A DNA stretch of 64,000 nucleotides from Eledone cirrhosa. Lineage: Eukaryota. The stretch is from positions 189,100,001 through 189,164,000 of the forward strand of contig OZ024743.1 in assembly GCA_964016885.1 (NCBI GenBank), written 5' to 3'. The notes beneath the pieces were generated by a model. That model was not told the origin of the DNA. It did not search any database and saw only the letters and a program-made list of their open reading frames with translations. This document shows, one piece after another, positions 40,601-53,530 of this stretch; position 1 is the stretch's first letter, and every line of letters starts with the position of its first letter. Made by a program: the position numbers and the translations under genes.

Positions 40601-40774
40601 CATGCTAAGATAGAACACAGGGGTAGATTAGAGAACATAGAAATAAAAATAGAATCCACACACAGAAAAGATGCAATGTTTAGGCAAATTACAGAGGCAG
40701 TAAGCATAAAAGAATTACAACCAAAATTAAATAGAAAATATGAGTGGAACAGCAACATCACAACTTACAATTAA
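37634..40774 (+). CDS. PLE family A polyprotein: RT + Cys-rich linker + GIY-YIG endonuclease (5'-truncated at the inversion junction 37600)
   Basis: PTDKSGR, YGLRKDHK, TRPVCG, SMDVVSLYPS, GAAIGVS, YSRYVDD, LPVLD, HYAKP, VVY...YKGETARS. The upstream frame NRYPDKIDGIN aligns with family B KYPGNINNIR, so the ATG is internal. Confidence 0.96.
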   Translation: MADTSLSEEFNNKNTNIYGNTEIDNNEMSVLCLPPKFATFKKVNMISCLSEIEKSFTKLRWSIKNKSNNIRKHIYNTHPNNNIHTDTNNNNNNTHINNNNNSNIPSYNNNIHADTNNNNNTHNNDNTHGDNNNTHQQQHTSTTTTHTHSMPLTATTILTNTQTQKTSNNSSTEIREIRESNRIKRKRRWETKDKENNQDEHTDTQNRVDNNIEPVERDRSNYERHRNNHEAVGGNRNRNNTTNNNNSTSTHKAAACNSPFYNPSDKSFDLRRVHATTLPFNKRTQLPSQVDEQTEAQFSIAKSELRNIIEQYSKKHNRIEAQQLGEKSANGLRKLMQRSRNGEIACFPTDKSGRMSVDSLPNYIQAMQSHITNTREVTPQEHEDREKALNAHMVMWTNIMQPNKRTANNFQAWNNDVPALYGLRKDHKTGWDPVAGPPTRPVCGANISSNYRLSYFLSLIIRPIIEMSPDVCDSTVYLLSRIGAGNRSGDLTNCIIGSMDVVSLYPSIDVDFAVEKCVEMISESKVEFRGIDTSELGLLLKLTHSNSYLDTYDLCPTRPARGRPPTITSMAKKTHTDRWNGWTRAIRTPENHDELKKMIAHAVGASIKLTLKEHMFKFNGKTYAQEEGAAIGVSIAGDIANLFMVWWDSRLKQKFKEQLEDSLTLIMYSRYVDDINIVVKTPPLKNCQELEKNTMDIIQQIANSIHQSIRVTIDYPSRYANHRLPVLDTELWLDTINNQKQILHSHYAKPMTSKHLIHRNSAISDHTKINILIADLVRVMRNVSRMCNPEELERHIQHFIHRMQFSGYNQRDRIRVYRGARTKWEKMVNNDINGTCPLYRRKFWNRIERTRSKANRINSWYDRNKYQSVMFINTTPRGELAYKFRRALNKHKLNIKIVERPGTSVKTLISKTYPFQRPSCIDKKCITYKISPHINCKTRNVVYSIRCTEGQCRNKNIVYKGETARSIGERINEHWRDLQDNKESSVLYQHAKIEHRGRLENIEIKIESTHRKDAMFRQITEAVSIKELQPKLNRKYEWNSNITTYN

Positions 40775-41004
40775 GGACAAAATTAAAACACACACAGGAC
40801 AAAATGAAAACACACACACACATAGAACAAACAACCAACCAACAATAAATAAATAAATAAATAAGCAAATAGATAAATGAACACAAACACACACAGACAC
40901 CCGGATGTGGCGCATGCGCAAACTGAGCACACAACACACACACAGAAACAAAACGGCGTAGGATGGAAGAAAGGAAAGGCACAGAAACAAAGAAAGGAAT
41001 CCCC

Positions 41005-41049
41005 AGTCACTGAAGAGGTCACAGAGTGTGTGACGAAAGGACTATGACT
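41005..41049 (+). ncRNA. Minimal type I HHR in the family A 3' UTR (copies 36556-36600(-), 55960-56004(-), 56458-56502(+), 57963-58007(+), 1890-1934(-))
   Basis: AGTCA-CTGAAGA-G-GTCAC(AGAGTGT)GTGAC-GAAA-GGAC-TA-TGACT. Confidence 0.9.
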
Positions 41050-41207
41050 ATATATAAACAACTATCTGTTTGTGGAACCAACCAACCAACCAGAAATTTA
41101 TAAGTTTGTAGATTTGTAAATTTATAAATTTATAAATATATAATAAATTGAAGTGAAAGCAACTGGTGCGTGTGTTTCTTATTGGCAACATGACCCTCCC
41201 AAAGTAT

Positions 41208-41299
<92 letters not shown>

Positions 41300-41301
<2 letters not shown>

Positions 41302-41960
41302 GAATGTATATATAGTGTAATTTGCAATACACTGTATGCTTAATAAAAAGCATTTTGAAAACCTTATGCTATTGTTTTAGAGTAGTGACAGACTCACTTA
41401 CTTTAATTTCAGCAAACATAGGGAGATAAAGCTGACAAGGCCTTGTTTCTGCATTTATTGATGCCTATCAAAGCAAACTACTCCTCCCGTTTGCTGAGAA
41501 TCTGGATGTTTTGGTTCTTATAGAATTCTAGTAAATAATCAGGAACTGATTATACAGAGCGGTTGCCGGTCAAGCAGAAATTAAAAATTAGAATTGTTGC
41601 TCTGAAATAGCTATATATATATATATATATATATGAATGTATATATAGTGTATTTTGCAATAAAGTGTATGCTTAATAAAAAGCATTTTGAAGACCTTAT
41701 GCTTTTGTTTTAGTGTAGTGACAGACTCACTTACTTTAATTTCAGCAAACAATAAATGTAGAAACAATAAATGCAGAAACAAGGTCTTGTCAGATTTATC
41801 TCCCCCTTTTTGCTGAAATTAAAGTAAGTGAGTCTGTCACTACTCTAAAACAATAGCATAAGGTCTTCAAAATGCTTTTTATTAAGCATACAATGTATAG
41901 CAAAATACACTATATATACATTCATATATATATAGCTATTTCAGAGCAACAATTCTAATG
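41300..41960. repeat. Direct + inverted copies of a ~120-bp unit
   Basis: 41300-41418 repeats at 41633-41750 and is inverted at 41808-41925. Confidence 0.8.
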
Positions 41961-41966
41961 TTTATA

Positions 41967-42305
41967 TCATCATCATCATCATCATCATCAACGTTTAACG
42001 TCCGTGTTCCACGCTTGCATGGGTTTGAACGGGGGTAGTCCCACTTGAGGCAAGAGTGATTGTCTTGCTCGCATAGGACTGTCTGGCAGGTTTTCTACAG
42101 TTGGATGCCCTTCCTAACACCAACCACATTTACAGTGTGGGTCTGGGAGGTTTTTACCGTGTTGCCTACACGGCCACGTTACAGCGTGGACTGTGTGTTT
42201 TTTTGTCGTGACACCTACACGATCTCATTTGTTTCGGCCTGGATGGTGTGGCACCAACACAACTTTACATAGAACGGGGTGGCGTGGATGGGTTGGGGGT
42301 GGTGG
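41967..42305 (-). mobile_element. RTE-type 3' UTR remnant (a longer decayed copy at ~60458-61400)
   Basis: (CAT)n then gtttaacgtccg...ggatgcccttcctaacaccaacc, as at 13908-14100. Confidence 0.75.
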
Positions 42306-42337
42306 GACGGGGGGGGGGGGGGGTATATATATATATT

Positions 42338-42506
<169 letters not shown>

Positions 42507-42514
42507 ATATATAT

Positions 42515-42547
<33 letters not shown>

Positions 42548-42618
42548 TATAAATATATATATATATACATATATATATAAATATATATATATTTATAAAT
42601 ATATATATATATTTATAA

Positions 42619-42651
<33 letters not shown>

Positions 42652-42726
42652 AATATATATATTTATAAATATATATATATATAAATATATATATATAAAT
42701 ATATATATATATAGAAATATATATAG

Positions 42727-42803
<77 letters not shown>

Positions 42804-42804
42804 A

Positions 42805-42906
<102 letters not shown>

Positions 42907-42945
42907 AATATATATATATTTATAAATATATATATATATTTATAA

Positions 42946-42976
<31 letters not shown>

Positions 42977-42988
42977 AATATATATATT

Positions 42989-43104
<116 letters not shown>

Positions 43105-43143
43105 AATATATATATATTTATAAATATATATATATATTTATAA

Positions 43144-43176
<33 letters not shown>

Positions 43177-43195
43177 AATATATATATTTATAAAT

Positions 43196-43276
<81 letters not shown>

Positions 43277-43366
43277 TAAATATATAAATATATATATATA
43301 TAAATAAATATATATATATATATAAATATATATATATATAAATATATAAATATATATATATATAAC

Positions 43367-43403
<37 letters not shown>

Positions 43404-43441
43404 AATATATATGTATAAATATATATGTATATAAATATATA

Positions 43442-43481
<40 letters not shown>

Positions 43482-43703
43482 TATCACGATAAATTAACGG
43501 AGGCATAGGCCCTCGTTATTTCCTGTAAATAATGTGCTCAAAGGAGAAGAGATCCTGAGCTCTTTAAAATACATTATGTTGAGAAGGTAACACACCAGAG
43601 AGAGATATACCTTATTACCTTCTCAACATTTTGTTTGTATTATTGATAACGCACTATATATCTCTCTCTGGTGTGTTACCTTCTCAACATATTGTATATA
43701 AAT

Positions 43704-43734
<31 letters not shown>

Positions 43735-43999
43735 AACCTCTTCAAATGAAGTTGATGTTTATTACGGTATGTCGAATATATTTATCTATAAAACTGTTTA
43801 TATTGTATTTTGTCTGATGAAGGCATAGTATATTGTTAATATGATATCCCCGAAATATATATAATGAAATAGATATGGTTTTATAAATATAGTTTTCCAT
43901 TTATTTAATATTGTAAATATACTCCAAATATTTGTCGAGTGCTTTTATATCAGTTATAAATATTTACTAGTTGTAACCCAACAATTTTAAATATAACTT

Positions 44000-44035
<36 letters not shown>

Positions 44036-44049
44036 TATATATATATATG

Positions 44050-44092
<43 letters not shown>

Positions 44093-44099
44093 AACGATC

Positions 44100-44294
44100 G
44101 ACTTTCGTCAAATCGGACCGAGAAAACAATGTTTCCGTTGGTCTTTCCACTTGCTAATACTATCTATCGGTCGCAACTCCAGGTAGAAGGAGCAACGTGA
44201 AATAAAGTGTCTTGCTCAAGGACATAACGCATCGCCTGGACCAGGAATCGAACTCACAACCTTACGATTGCGAATCCAATTCCCTAACCACTCA
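44100..44294 (-). mobile_element. tRNA-derived SINE with CORE-like domain
   Basis: Minus: GTGGTTAG A-box, GTTCGATTCC B-box, then tgtccttgagcaagacacttta. Confidence 0.75.
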
Positions 44295-44309
44295 CATATA
44301 ATAGGTATT

Positions 44310-46178
44310 GAAGTTTCCGTTGAAAATTGAAAAAGTCATAGGAGTGAAGAGTGCTCTATGTAAGTACCAGAGCAAAAATTTAATGTATAAAAAAAAAATA
44401 CAATATAATTACCTCATTACCAGAGGTTTCCTGAATAAGACGAATACGAAAGAAACGTCTTCATTCTTTCGTCGGAGGAGGCAATATAAAACATAGTGAA
44501 ATATTTGGAAAGTTTCCTCAAGAAATGCAAAAAAAAAAAAAAATATATATATATAAATAAAGATAATGCAATAGACATATAAAATATCTAAAAAAATGTT
44601 GAGGAAAGATAATTAGGTTTGTATGTATGTACAAATGCGTGTGTATAGTGAAAATGTGTGCGTAAATATATGTATGAGGGCAAGTATATCTGTGTATACG
44701 TAACCACAAACACAGATACGATATGAGTGTCACGTATACAGAAAAACAGGGTATTAGATACATTATAAGAATATGAAGGCACGCGTATAAACACACACAC
44801 ACGCGCGTACACTTATATGCAGAAGAAAAAGAGGTAAGGGAGTGTAATAGTTAAAAGAAAGTGTCATTCTCGATATATTTATAAAAATGGGACAATAATT
44901 TAGAAAGAAAAAATGTTTAAATGAAAGAGAAAGTAGTCAAATAACACTAGAGAAGAGCAAAGGAAAGAAAAGAAAACAAACAAGGTACAAGATTACATAC
45001 ACATATATCTATAAGAAACATATATCTATAAATATGTGCACAGGATGCACATATATATATACATACATATCGCCCCATGTATATCTAATCACACGTACGT
45101 ACGTGACTGTATACACATACATACATACACATATATATATAAATATATATATATATACATACGCACACATACACATCCATACATGCAGTACGTACACACA
45201 TACATACACACATACATACACTCACGCACATTGACCCGCTTACACGCACACACATAAAAATAAGAATGTAAAGAAACATAGATGTAAAAACACAGATATA
45301 AAAACACACATACATACACATATATATATACACGCACGCGCGCGCACATACGGAGGCGTTCGTGTACATATACAGAAAGTATACACACATAAAGACGCTC
45401 AGACACATAGATACAGGGTGTAAAAACAGCCTTATGAATAAGTGAGTACAAATATAAAAATTTAAAATTGGCTGCGAAATAACAGAAAATATCTGGAGTG
45501 GAAAACGCAAGTGACATGTTTAATCAGGTAGTAAAGAAAATAGGGAAGTAAAAAGTGGAAAGTGAAGATATTAGGTAAGTGAATCGGAGAATAAAGGGGG
45601 GGGGGTTACTGGTGGATGTGAAATAAAAATAAAAATAAAAATAAAATCAATAATAAGGTTAAAAATGAAAGTAAATCAGAAAGAGTAGTCTTTAAAGAGA
45701 ATAATTTAAGTGAAGAATAAGAGCTTATGGAGGATAAGTATCTGAAAGTGTGTTAAGTTTATATGAGCTGGAAAGCAAGTGTGATTTCATATGTGGGCAA
45801 CTGATGAAAATTTCTGTCTTTGTGTTTAGGCAGGTCTTTGGTGATTTAAGGATTTGCAAAATCCAATATTTTTCATTTATACAGAGCGTGCATTTTCTTG
45901 TTCCTCTTGCATATTCTTTAGATTGGTTCAAAATTGACCAATCCAATTTATATTGGATACCTTGGTCTTTCAAATCCCATATTCTGCTAGCCATAGCTGT
46001 TGTGAATCTTTTTTCTGGATGTTGAAAGGATGCGACATGTGAGTAATAACGCGTTTTGAATTTGTCTTGCGTCATACCGACATATCGTTCACTGGTGGCT
46101 GGTTGGTTTTTGCTGATGGTTGTCATTTTAGCCGCATATACAATGGCTTTGGTGTTGCATTTACTTTGTAATGGGTAT
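44310..46178 (-). mobile_element. Clade-2 (Hydra-like) PLE 3' part: GIY-YIG + long 3' UTR with a degenerate HHR
   Basis: ORF 45725-46126 RYVGMTQDKFKTRYYSH...IWDLK...CTLCINEK. HHR-like at 44412-44481 (CCGACGA...GAAACCTCTGGTA). The left boundary is approximate. Confidence 0.75.
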
Positions 46179-47850
46179 TCACTTTTGAAGCTCCCGCATC
46201 AAATCCTCTGCCTCCTTCACTGTATTTGTCACCAAAACTATGTCGTCGGCAAATTCAGCATCCGATACCTTTTTCGCCCCAACTCTCCTGCTCTGAGCCG
46301 GTGCTACAGTAAAGCCAGAGTCCTGGTGTTTCTCCAGTGCAAGGCGCATACAATAGTCCACTACGATGATAAAAAGGTAGGGAGCCAATGTATCTCCCTG
46401 AAGCACTCCAGCCAGTATCTCAAAGAACTCTGTTATCCCATCAGGTGTAATGACTTGGGCTTTGGTGTTGGTGTAGAGCAGTGATATCAGGTCCACTATC
46501 CTCTTGGGGATTCCATAAGCCTGTAAGATCTTCATCAGGCAGTAACGGTCCACAGAATCAAAGGCCTTCCTAAAGTCAATGAAAACCATGACCGCAGGAA
46601 GGCACTTTGCTCTAGCTCCCTCTAATATCCTCCTCAGCATCAGGATGTGACTGGTGGTTCATCTACCCTCTCTGAAGCCGTTCTGGTTGTCCCTGAGCTT
46701 CTACTCCATCTCAGGCTGGATCCTGTTAAGAATCATCCTTTTGAGGGTCTTTGCCACAAGTGACGTCAGTGAGATCCCCCGGTAGCTGTTAGTGTTAGAG
46801 AGATCTCCCTTCTTTGGCACTGGGATGATGTTACTGATCCTCCACTGATTCGGGGCAACTCCTTTCTCCAGTGCCCCGTTACAGAACCCCAGGATGATAT
46901 CATCAAAATCACACCTCTTCATCACCTCTGATGCCACTCCATCTTCTCCATGAGCCTTGCCCTCCTTGATCTTCTTCTTGGCTCTCTGAAGCTCCTCTCT
47001 GGTGAAGGGCTCTGTCTCAACATCCAGTTACTCAATCAGCCGCCTGATCTCCCCAGTGCTCTGGGCTGTGGAGGATGGCTCTCCTAGTAAGGTCCTAAAA
47101 TGGTCTAGCCATTTCCTCTTCCTATCCTCGGGCCCCGTTCCCTGGATCTGACTCGAACACCTTCTCTTCCTCCCTGTGATCTCGTTGATGATCATCCAGC
47201 TCTCCTTACATCCATATCTGCCAACCGCTCTCTCCACACTTCTGATCTTCTCTATCAGTGCCTCCTCTCTGACCTCAGTGTAAGCGGTACAGAGCTCTTC
47301 CCTCATCACCTCCACAGTCTCCATCCTCTCCTCCGTAGGATCAGCATAGAATTGGTCCCTGGCAGCTTTCAGGTGTTCTCTGGCTGCACACACTTTTGGG
47401 TTTGCAGAGCTGACGTGCTTCCCTTTATTCTTTTTCCTCGGCACCAGGGTTTCACTTGCTTCCGCCACTGCATTGGTGAAGTGCCCGTACCTCCTCGTCA
47501 AACTCTCCTAAGTCCATCCAATCTCTCTCTCCTCTGACTCTCCACACAGAGCACTAAACCTGTTTCTCACTTCCACTGTGAACCTCTCCTGTAGCTTATC
47601 ATCTTCCTTGAAAGCTCCCCAGTCATAGATTGTTCTCCGGGGCTGAGCCTTGCTCTTTCTTAAGCTCACGCGGACCTCACTCATAACAAGCCGGTGGTCA
47701 CTACCCAGTGTACTGAAATAGCTGTATGGTTACGTGTTCAGAACACTATTCCGCCACTTTTTCCTCACCAGAATGAAATCAATCTGGGACTTGGACAGGT
47801 GCATATCTGAGATGTAGGTCCACATCTTCCCCAGATTCTTCCTAAACCTG
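46179..47850 (-). pseudogene. LINE (RTE-like) RT region with stops
   Basis: IIPVPKKGDLS...YRGISL, FIDFRKAFDSV, GVLQGDTLAPYLF, EFADDI. Confidence 0.92.
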
Positions 47851-48809
47851 GGTATGACATTAAACTACATCCAGTGGCAAGGCTCCAGTTCGGGAGTTCA
47901 GGAGATGTGGGGAACGTGGAGTTACCCCTTAGTTGTCATGACTCCCAGGTCTACCCTGGCCCGGGGTGGTAGTACCTGTTAGGGCTCCATTTATGGGTTA
48001 AATAACTACCTTATTCGAGTGGCGCCGGTAAGGTATTGTCAGCCATTGAAAAGAAATATGGAGAGTCGATCTAACAGCACTAGGGTTAGAGCCCCTAATT
48101 ACACTGTCAAGGAGCAGCCTGGTCGTTATGACTCTGCTGGCTTAGAACCACAGAGAGGGCCAGTGGATGATGGATCAGCTGTCTCTGAGACAAATATAAA
48201 GAATGCAGTTTTGTCCTGCAGAAGAGCCATCAAAATGGGCACTTTGAATGTGAGGACTATTCGGACGCTGGAGAAGAGAGAGGAGTTGGGGCATCTGTTA
48301 GAGGCGAGTGGTATACAGATACTTGCGATCCAAGAACACAGGATTCTACACAATGAGCCCGTGAGGAGTGTGATGATTGGGAAGAAGAGCCAGCTCATCA
48401 CTACATCGGCAGTGAAGAACACAACAAATGCTGCAGTAGGAGGAGTGGGTTTTGTGTTCAGTGCAAAAACCAATCTGTTGGTGAGGGAAATAATGCCTAT
48501 CTCCCCGCGAGTGTTGAGGGTGACCTTCAATGGAAACCCAAGACTGACAGTCATCTCAGCCTAAAGTCCAACCGAGGGGGACAGCGATGTGAATGCGGAA
48601 GAGTTCCATGAGGAGGTGTGTAGAGCTGTCAACACCACTCAGACACACAATATCCTGCTTGTTTTGGGGGACTTCAATGCACACCTGAGTAAGGAGGGCA
48701 GTGAAGATCCTTGCTGGTACTTCCATAACAACACCAACCGAAATGGAAGACTACTGAGAGACACCCTGCTGGAGGCGAACTTGATGGCGACCAACCTAAG
48801 GTTTAGGAA

Positions 48810-48813
<4 letters not shown>
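47851..48813 (+). pseudogene. Inverted 5' part of the same LINE: 5' UTR + AP endonuclease
   Basis: [33 protein letters not shown]. Ends aggtttaggaagaat, the same 15 nt at which the minus part begins. Confidence 0.9.
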
Positions 48814-48891
<78 letters not shown>

Positions 48892-48947
48892 ATAGCATAT
48901 ATATATATAGCAGGGAAAAAGTGGACGTAAAATGAAATTAAATGAAA

Positions 48948-48993
<46 letters not shown>

Positions 48994-49038
48994 TAAATAT
49001 ATATAAATATATATATATATGTATATAAATATATATAT

Positions 49039-49071
<33 letters not shown>

Positions 49072-49368
49072 CATAAATATATATATATATATATAATAAT
49101 ATTAAATAAATGGAAAACTATATTTATAAAACCATATTTATTTCATTATATATATTTCGGGGATATCATATTAACAATATGCTATGCCTTCATCAGACAA
49201 AATACAATATAAACAGTTTTATAGATAAATATATTCGACATACCGTAATAAACATCAACTTCATTTGGAGAGGTTTACGCTAGCAGTGTTTGTCGAGTGC
49301 TTTTATATCAGTTATAAATATTTACTAGTTGTAACCCAACAATTTTAAATATAACTTTACATATATAT

Positions 49369-49399
<31 letters not shown>

Positions 49400-49410
49400 C
49401 ATAAATATAT

Positions 49411-49441
<31 letters not shown>

Positions 49442-49470
49442 AATATATATATATATAAATATATATATAA

Positions 49471-49557
<87 letters not shown>

Positions 49558-49632
49558 TATATATAAATGTATATATATATATATTATATAAAAAATAAAC
49601 AAAGAAGCCTTCAATTCATCAAAAATCTTTAT

Positions 49633-49677
49633 TTACTGACAATATTTCGTCCCATTAATAAGGTCTCATCAGAGCAA
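49633..49677 (-). ncRNA. Type I HHR
   Basis: TTGCT-CTGATGA-GACCTTATTAATGGGAC-GAAA-TATTG-TC-AGTAA; GUC triplet; one stem II mismatch. Confidence 0.75.
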
Positions 49678-50888
49678 GGAAAATGACAAGAAGTATTAAC
49701 GGCCAAAACAAGCCAAAACTCAGAAGAACAGCTAATGGGTATTTATGAAAATTTGGGAAAATTATCATGGAAAGATATGCTAAATCTAATAGGGTGCATT
49801 TGTAAATAAGGACTATAGGGCAAGAGAGCAGGTAAGACATTAAACAAACCCACGTTAGAAGTACAATATAAGTCTGATACTAGAAATACAACATGGTAAT
49901 ACAATGTGAGAATTATAATATACAATACAATACAATAGATAATACAGAAATAAACCTTAATATATATATATATATACATCCACACCCACTCTGACACATA
50001 TATATATACACATTTACACATACACATAAAAACACAAATATAAATATAAGCATTATAATAGAATAATCACCCTGACGGTATGATTAAATAATACCAAAAT
50101 CAATGAAAATAATATATTGACAATAAAGAAATATATAAAAATTCATCCTACGTATCATGTAAAGTCAACTAAATGTGTAAAAAATATAATGTATTTCACA
50201 GGGTAGAAAATAATAATACCATATAATAATATAAAGTCTGGTGGAAAAATATATATAAATATATATAATAGACAATAAATATACGGAGATATAGGCAGTT
50301 TAAATCCATATAATATTACACATTAATATTTCAATACCGGACACATACTTATAATTCAACTCAATGTATTTCAACTCAATGCATGCATGTGTGCGTGCAT
50401 TGTATGCATGTATATTGTATATATATATATATATATGTATATTGTATGCATGCGTATTACATTGTGTGTATGTGTATATGTGACATGTATGTGAATATAT
50501 GTATGTATGCGTATGTATGTGTGTGAGTGTATGATGTGTGTATATATGTGTATATGTATGTATACTTTTCTGTAGAAATCCTCTCTATATGTGGTGTGTG
50601 GCACGAATTCCTCCTATAATACTCTTCTTTGAGAGGAGCACGATATGCAGAGTAACACATATATATTGTCGAAGTTGAAACTGAGAACCACCACCCCTCC
50701 TGCTGACCCAAATGTTTACTGAGGACCAGAACACAATTCTCCGCAATATAAGAGAGAAATGCGCTTGCCGGACTATTGATGACCATAACATCACATTCCA
50801 AGGTAATGGCAAAACACAGTGAATGCTATGCACGACCAGAACATCACAACATGCACATCTGAGCAACACAGATATAATATCAATAGGC

Positions 50889-51203
50889 GAATCAACTGAA
50901 TTTTTTGAGTTGAAATACATATGGATATGTGTCTGTGTGTATCGGACACACGTACACATAAAGAAGCTGCTGACCTAAATGTACCTGTCATGCCTGTCTG
51001 AATTCCTAAGGGAATTTTCGGCCAGTTGCTGTCTTGACCGATTGTAGTACCAGTGGGTGAATCAATTGAGTTTTTTGAGTTGAAATACATATAAATGTGT
51101 GTCTGTGTGTGTCGGACACACGTGTACACATAAAGAAGCTGCTGACCTAAATGGCCTGTCTGAATTCCTAAGAGAATTTTCGGTCAGTTGCTGACTTGAC
51201 CGA
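50889..51203 (+). repeat. ~170-bp tandem duplication
   Basis: gaatcaa..ttttgagttgaaatacatat... at 50889 and 51059. Confidence 0.85.
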
Positions 51204-52402
51204 TTAAGCCCACAATTACTACGTAGCGGTTCTTGCACGTGACTGCTGGACCCGGATGAAACGTAGACGAAGAATTTCCTTGCGTACCGTTTTGTACCAC
51301 AGATGCGATCTCACCCTGCCTCGTTAATGTTCTATCGACATCAAAGTTCAACGTTCGGGCTAATAGAATTGAATCCAACCACCAACAACATAGCTGGATG
51401 ACCGATAATCACACCAAACCGGAGTACTGTGATCCTTGTGATTTCGAGATATACAACCACTGACACTGTTACGAAGACCAGAAAACCATACTCCATAATA
51501 TTGATCCAAGTGATTGATTTTTGCGGCCAAAAGAACACCACACACATATTGAACTAGGAATATTGGATCCTCCGTCAATGTCCGGGTGAGCAAAAATAGA
51601 TTCCTATCTGCATTGGAATTTACGAACTTGTGCATCTGCTGTGGTGTCAAAAACAAACGCGCATGACAGCACAGATAAACAATGGACTATGCCACGTGGC
51701 TTGAACCTGTAAGTGAATTGAAGGTTCTGTAACTCTGATACACAGATTATTTATTATTAAGATGTATAAATTTGACATAACTATTATCATCTTATATTCT
51801 CTCAACTAATTACATTTGATCATATTTCTCTATCCCGTTTTCTCCCCCCATAATTATAATATTTTTATTTTTATTTGAAAAAATCGGTTTTTTTACATTG
51901 TTTTCCCCTCCAAATATTCGCTTATATTTCTTTAAATATTCTCTATATATTTTTTAACATATATATTTTTTATCTTTATTATTTCCACTTTTATCCTCCT
52001 TTATATTTTACCTTATTCTTACTTTTATACCTTGTTATAGTGTAATCTTCCCCATGCCTTATTATACATTACTAATTATAGATTATTATTATTACTCTTT
52101 TTCCATTTCTAATTACCTCATGTACTTTCTCCTCCGTTATATATATATATATTGTATGCCCTTTGTGTTTGTGTAGCCTCTGCACACCCTCTGCACCATA
52201 CTATCGACGCCACCCCATCTATGGTTCAGCTAACCACTCGACTCCCGGGAATGAATATGACCGCAGCTAGTAAACAAGGACCCACACCCCACCCTCCCGC
52301 ACCAAAATTATACTTATCGCCCCCTACTTTTGCTCTTTACTCTCTTTACTCTTTCTTCTTGAATGTTTGGTTGGGAGAGTCCATAACACAAATCAAACCC
52401 CT

Positions 52403-52460
52403 TTTATAGCTCTGACGAATCCTACGGTTACGTAAGGAAGAAACATTGTAAGCCAATAAA
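52403..52460 (+). ncRNA. Type I HHR
   Basis: GCT-CTGACGA-A-TCCTACG(GTTA)CGTAAGGA-A-GAAA-CATTG-TA-AGC, extended by TTTAT/ATAAA; GUA triplet. Confidence 0.8.
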
Positions 52461-52513
52461 AGTTTTTTGATGTTGTAGACGCTCTTGCGTTCTTTATCAT
52501 AAATATATAAAAT

Positions 52514-52614
<101 letters not shown>

Positions 52615-52963
52615 AAGAAAAAGGGATGAAATCGAAAATGCAACTGAAGTCTTATTTTTTTAAAAAATATATATATTTATTTGGTTCCTTTACCGGTTTC
52701 GCAGTTCTTCTGCTTTTCAAAAAGTGAGTTGAGATGGAGGGTCTGTGGTTTTTCTCAGATGTGAGAAAAACCACAGACCCTCCATCTCAACTCACCTTTT
52801 GAAAAGCAGAAGAACTGCGAAACCGGTAAAGGAACCAAATAAATATATATATTTTTAAAAAAAATAAGACTTCAGTTGCATTTTCGATTTCATCCCTTTT
52901 TCTTTATACTTCCACTCGTGTAGGACACCTCGGTTATTTTTCATTTTGTAAAAAAAACCTCAC

Positions 52964-53048
<85 letters not shown>

Positions 53049-53073
53049 TATATATAAATATATATAAATATAT

Positions 53074-53186
<113 letters not shown>

Positions 53187-53213
53187 AATATATATATATA
53201 TTTATAAATATAT

Positions 53214-53304
<91 letters not shown>

Positions 53305-53312
53305 TATATATT

Positions 53313-53345
<33 letters not shown>

Positions 53346-53450
53346 TTCGTTTTTGAATTTGTTTAGCAAGATTCTTTATCTGAAATCGCGTGTTGAATCT
53401 GATATTGTTATACTTTGGGAGGGTCATGTTGCCAATTAGAAACACACGCA

Positions 53451-53528
<78 letters not shown>

Positions 53529-53530
<2 letters not shown>

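Noticed and set aside
47881-47950. HDV-like ribozyme in the LINE 5' UTR (GGCTCCA...TGGAGTT)
   Set aside because: No P3/L3, P1.1 or catalytic-C context could be fitted.
51360-51656. 98-aa ORF as a host gene exon
   Set aside because: No recognisable motif and neighbouring frames contain stops; kept only as an unassigned segment.
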